From assembly GCF_000015025.1 (NCBI RefSeq), contig NC_008578.1, positions 690,001 through 722,000 of the forward strand: 32,000 bases of DNA. Direction: 5' to 3'. The notes under the pieces are model-generated. The model was not told the origin of the DNA. It was given only the letters and a program-made list of their open reading frames with translations, and searched no databases. The stretch is from Acidothermus cellulolyticus 11B. GTDB taxonomy: Bacteria > Actinomycetota > Actinomycetes > Acidothermales > Acidothermaceae. This document shows positions 29,654-32,000 of this stretch, piece by piece. Each line of letters begins with the position of its first letter. Position 1 is the stretch's first letter. The translations under genes and the position numbers were made by a program.

Positions 29654-30616
29654 GTGTCGCGGACTACCAGCCGGCGCCCGGTGGTGATCATCCGCGCCGG
29701 GCGGCCGGAACGCCGCATCGATGAGGTGGTCGGCGAAGAACCGCTGGAGATTCGGGTGGGCGGCCGGCCGCTCGCGGTCACGATGCGCACACCGGTGGAT
29801 GACATTGACTTGGTGGCTGGGTTTTGCTGGACGGAAGGACTGCTGACATCTCCGGACGAGTCGTTGACCATCCGCTGCTGCACGGGAAAACCCCTGCCGC
29901 GTGCATGGATTCCCGCCGATGCGGCGCCGGCGGCCGCGGATTCGGGGTCGCCGGACGCCGATGCGGAGTCGGCGCACACAGACGTGCCGTCGCCGTCCCG
30001 CGATTCGGCGTTCCGTGATTCCGCGGCCGCGGATGCGCCGTCCCGCGATTCGGCATACAACGTTGTCGATGTCACGCTGGAAAGTGACGTTGTCGCCGCT
30101 CGGCGCGCCCTGGTGATGTCCAGCTCCTGCGGGATTTGCGGTGTGGCGAGTATTGCCGACGTGCGGCGCCGCGGGGTTTTCGACGTCGCGGGCGATGCGG
30201 TGCGGGTCGAATCCGAGGTGCTCCGGGGTCTTCCCGGCCGATTGCGCGCCGCACAGCGTCTCTTTCATCGCACCGGCGGTCTGCACGCTGCGGGACTTTT
30301 CGACCCGCAGGGTGAAATTCTGGTGGTGCGTGAAGACGTCGGCCGGCACAATGCCGCGGACAAAATCGTCGGCTGGGCGCTGCGCAACCACCGGTTGCCG
30401 CTGTCGGGAACGATTCTCCTCGTGAGCGGGCGCGCGTCGTTTGAATTGGTGCAGAAAGCCTACCTTGCCGGCATTCCTGTTCTGGCTGCGGTTTCTGCCC
30501 CGTCGTCCCTGGCGGTGGAGCTCGCCGAGGAGGTGGGGATGACCCTCATCGGTTTTCTCCGCGATGACGGCATGAACGTGTATGCGGGTGCGCAGCGGGT
30601 GACGGGATGGGCGTGA
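29654..30616 (+). CDS. fdhD: Formate dehydrogenase accessory sulfurtransferase FdhD (with a low-complexity insertion)
   Basis: ..MRTPVDDIDLVAGFCWTEGL.., SSCGICG, GGLHAAGLF, VGRHNAADKIVGW and LLVSGRASFELVQKA are all present. GTG 29654 was chosen because it does not overlap the divergent gene. Confidence 0.92.
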   Translation: MSRTTSRRPVVIIRAGRPERRIDEVVGEEPLEIRVGGRPLAVTMRTPVDDIDLVAGFCWTEGLLTSPDESLTIRCCTGKPLPRAWIPADAAPAAADSGSPDADAESAHTDVPSPSRDSAFRDSAAADAPSRDSAYNVVDVTLESDVVAARRALVMSSSCGICGVASIADVRRRGVFDVAGDAVRVESEVLRGLPGRLRAAQRLFHRTGGLHAAGLFDPQGEILVVREDVGRHNAADKIVGWALRNHRLPLSGTILLVSGRASFELVQKAYLAGIPVLAAVSAPSSLAVELAEEVGMTLIGFLRDDGMNVYAGAQRVTGWA

Positions 30617-30927
30617 GCGGAAAACGGCGGCGGCCGCGGAACGGACCGCAGGAAGCCGCGCCGGGCCGGAGCGGGTCCACAACCCGCCCGCCTGCGGAGT
30701 TCGTGGATATCGGGCCGGACGGCGTGCCGTGGGTCTTCCGCCGTATCACCGGCTCGACATCGGTGAAGACGTATCGCTGTCCCGGTTGCGACCAGGAGAT
30801 CCGCCCCGCAACGCCGCACATTGTTGCGTGGCCGGAGGGGGATGTGGAGTCCCGTCGCCATTGGCACACCGCCTGCTGGCACGCCCGCGGTCGACGCGGC
30901 GGCCAGCAGCGACGGCGTCCTGTCTGA
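30607..30927 (+). CDS. Small basic Zn-ribbon-like protein, conserved actinobacterial hypothetical
   Basis: Core KTYRCPGCDQEI..PHIVAWP..RRHWHTACW (CxxC plus HxHxxC) flanked by Arg-rich tails. It overlaps the fdhD stop. Alternative start GTG 30613 (GTGA). Confidence 0.65.
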   Translation: MGVSGKRRRPRNGPQEAAPGRSGSTTRPPAEFVDIGPDGVPWVFRRITGSTSVKTYRCPGCDQEIRPATPHIVAWPEGDVESRRHWHTACWHARGRRGGQQRRRPV

Positions 30928-30994
30928 CGATCCGACGCCGGCAGCCGCGCTCACCGGGAGGGGCTTGGACGGCAGCCGCGCTGACGGCAGCCGC

Positions 30995-31014
30995 GCTCAC
31001 CGGTCGCGGTGAGC
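30995..31014. terminator. 8-bp stem-loop between convergent genes
   Basis: gctcaccg-gtcg-cggtgagc, located between the stop at 30927 (+) and the stop at 31052 (-). There is no U-tract. Confidence 0.35.
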
Positions 31015-31051
31015 GTCCGGTTACTGGCCGGATCGGATCCGGGCCGTGCGG

Positions 31052-32000
31052 CTACGGCGTCGGCTGGGCAAGCCAGCGGACGAGCTCATCGGGGTGTCGC
31101 GGCAGGGCCGCGGTGAGATTCCGATATCCGCCGGGGGTTATGACGACGTCGTCCTCGATGCGCACGCCGATGCCCCGAAGTTCCGGCGGCACGGTGAGGT
31201 CATCGGGCTGGAAATACAGGCCGGGCTCCACCGTGAGCACGTGTCCGGGTTCGAGAAATCCGTCGTGGTAGCGGTTGCGGCGGGCGGCGGCGCAGTCGTG
31301 CACGTCGAGTCCGAGCATGTGCCCGGGGTTGTGCAGGGTGTAGCGGCGATGCAGGTCCCCGTGCGGTCCGTCGATATCCGCGGCGGACGCGGGGAGCAGT
31401 CCCCAGTCGGCGAGGCCCTGAGCCAGCACCGCCGCCGCGGCCCGGTAGTAATCACGGAAAGCCGCGCCCGGCTTGAGGGCGGCGAATGCGGCTTCCTGGG
31501 CGGCCAGCACGAGTTGGTAGACCTGCCGCTGCGCCTCGGTGAATGCTCCGCTGATCGGCATGGTGCGGGTGACGTCCGCGGTGTAGCCGTGGCGTGTTTC
31601 CACCCCGGCGTCGAGCAGGAGGAGCTGGCCCTTGTGCAGCAGGCCGTCATTGCGGGTCCAGTGCAGGACGCAGGCGTGCGGACCGGCGGCTGCGATGGTG
31701 GGGTAACCGACGTCGTTCCCCTCGGCGCGGGCCCGCCGCCAGAATGTGCCGTCCACCCAGCGCTCGCTGATGTCCACGTCTCGCTCGGCGGCCGCCCGAA
31801 TTTCCCGCGCGACGTCGGCGAAACCGCGAATTGTTGCGTCGGCAGCCGTGGTGAGTTCGGCAATTTCCCAGTCGTCCTTGAGCAGCCGGAGCTCGGCCAG
31901 CAGCGTCGCGAGCGACCGGTCGTCGGGGTGAGGCGGCACGACGGCGTCCACCCGCGGGTCGTGACCGCGCAGGACGACGGTCCGGCTCTCCTCGCTTCGC
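31052..32000 (-). CDS. Xaa-Pro aminopeptidase (peptidase M24B), 5'-truncated by the window edge
   Basis: M24 metal-ligand motifs are LLLDAGVE..GYTADVTRT, NPGHMLGLDVHD, VEPGLYF and GVRIEDDVV. I translated 31952-31999 by hand and the frame stays open to the window end (..RSEESRTVVLRGHDPRVDAVV..). Confidence 0.93.
   Translation of the reverse strand, partial: RSEESRTVVLRGHDPRVDAVVPPHPDDRSLATLLAELRLLKDDWEIAELTTAADATIRGFADVAREIRAAAERDVDISERWVDGTFWRRARAEGNDVGYPTIAAAGPHACVLHWTRNDGLLHKGQLLLLDAGVETRHGYTADVTRTMPISGAFTEAQRQVYQLVLAAQEAAFAALKPGAAFRDYYRAAAAVLAQGLADWGLLPASAADIDGPHGDLHRRYTLHNPGHMLGLDVHDCAAARRNRYHDGFLEPGHVLTVEPGLYFQPDDLTVPPELRGIGVRIEDDVVITPGGYRNLTAALPRHPDELVRWLAQPTP

Noticed and set aside
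29593-30075. Longer version of the DUF6457-like ORF (255 aa)
   Set aside because: The extra part is antisense to fdhD and of low complexity. The conserved small protein starts at MSDLDTW (29592).
30940-30997. ggcagccgcgct occurring three times (30940-30951, 30971-30982, 30986-30997)
   Set aside because: This is a tiny GC-rich repeat in a convergent spacer with no spacer/repeat periodicity. It is not CRISPR-like and is probably slippage debris next to the 30995-31014 hairpin.

Overview
High-GC actinobacterial chromosome segment (roughly 70% G+C by eye, not computed), almost entirely coding. The core (about 4.6-19.2 kb) is the classic Actinomycetota housekeeping block: rpmE, prfA, prmC, a TsaC/Sua5-type gene, wecA, atpI-B-E-F-H-A-G-D-C, a DUF2550 gene, a PduO-type adenosyltransferase (-) and murA. 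From memory it is collinear with M. tuberculosis Rv1298-Rv1315. The right end carries nucS (-), a mobA-like/DUF6457/fdhD molybdoenzyme-maturation cluster, a small Zn-ribbon protein and a 5'-truncated M24 Xaa-Pro aminopeptidase (-). Three accessory modules are the interesting part. (i) 1-4519 is an envelope-polymer operon with overlapping stop/start codons at three of its four junctions: processive GT2 synthase, a short orphan exosortase-family protein (XrtG-like), a membrane-anchored HEAT + ATP-grasp fusion, UDP-GlcNAc 2-epimerase and a HAD hydrolase. (ii) 20273-24458 is a MoxR AAA+ / DUF58 / membrane transglutaminase triad. (iii) 24459-27537 lies behind a conspicuously AT-rich 266-bp spacer and encodes a TasA/camelysin-like exported protein followed by a SipW-type (Ser/His) signal peptidase. 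That peptidase is fused in frame, through an acidic Asp/Gly linker and an Arg-rich segment, to a second SipW-type signal peptide and a LamG lectin-like domain, so it appears to carry its own substrate. This is my best candidate for an undescribed system. I recognised no rRNA, tRNA, CRISPR, transposase or integrase. Many long antisense or alternate-frame ORFs in the track are high-GC shadow ORFs and were rejected.
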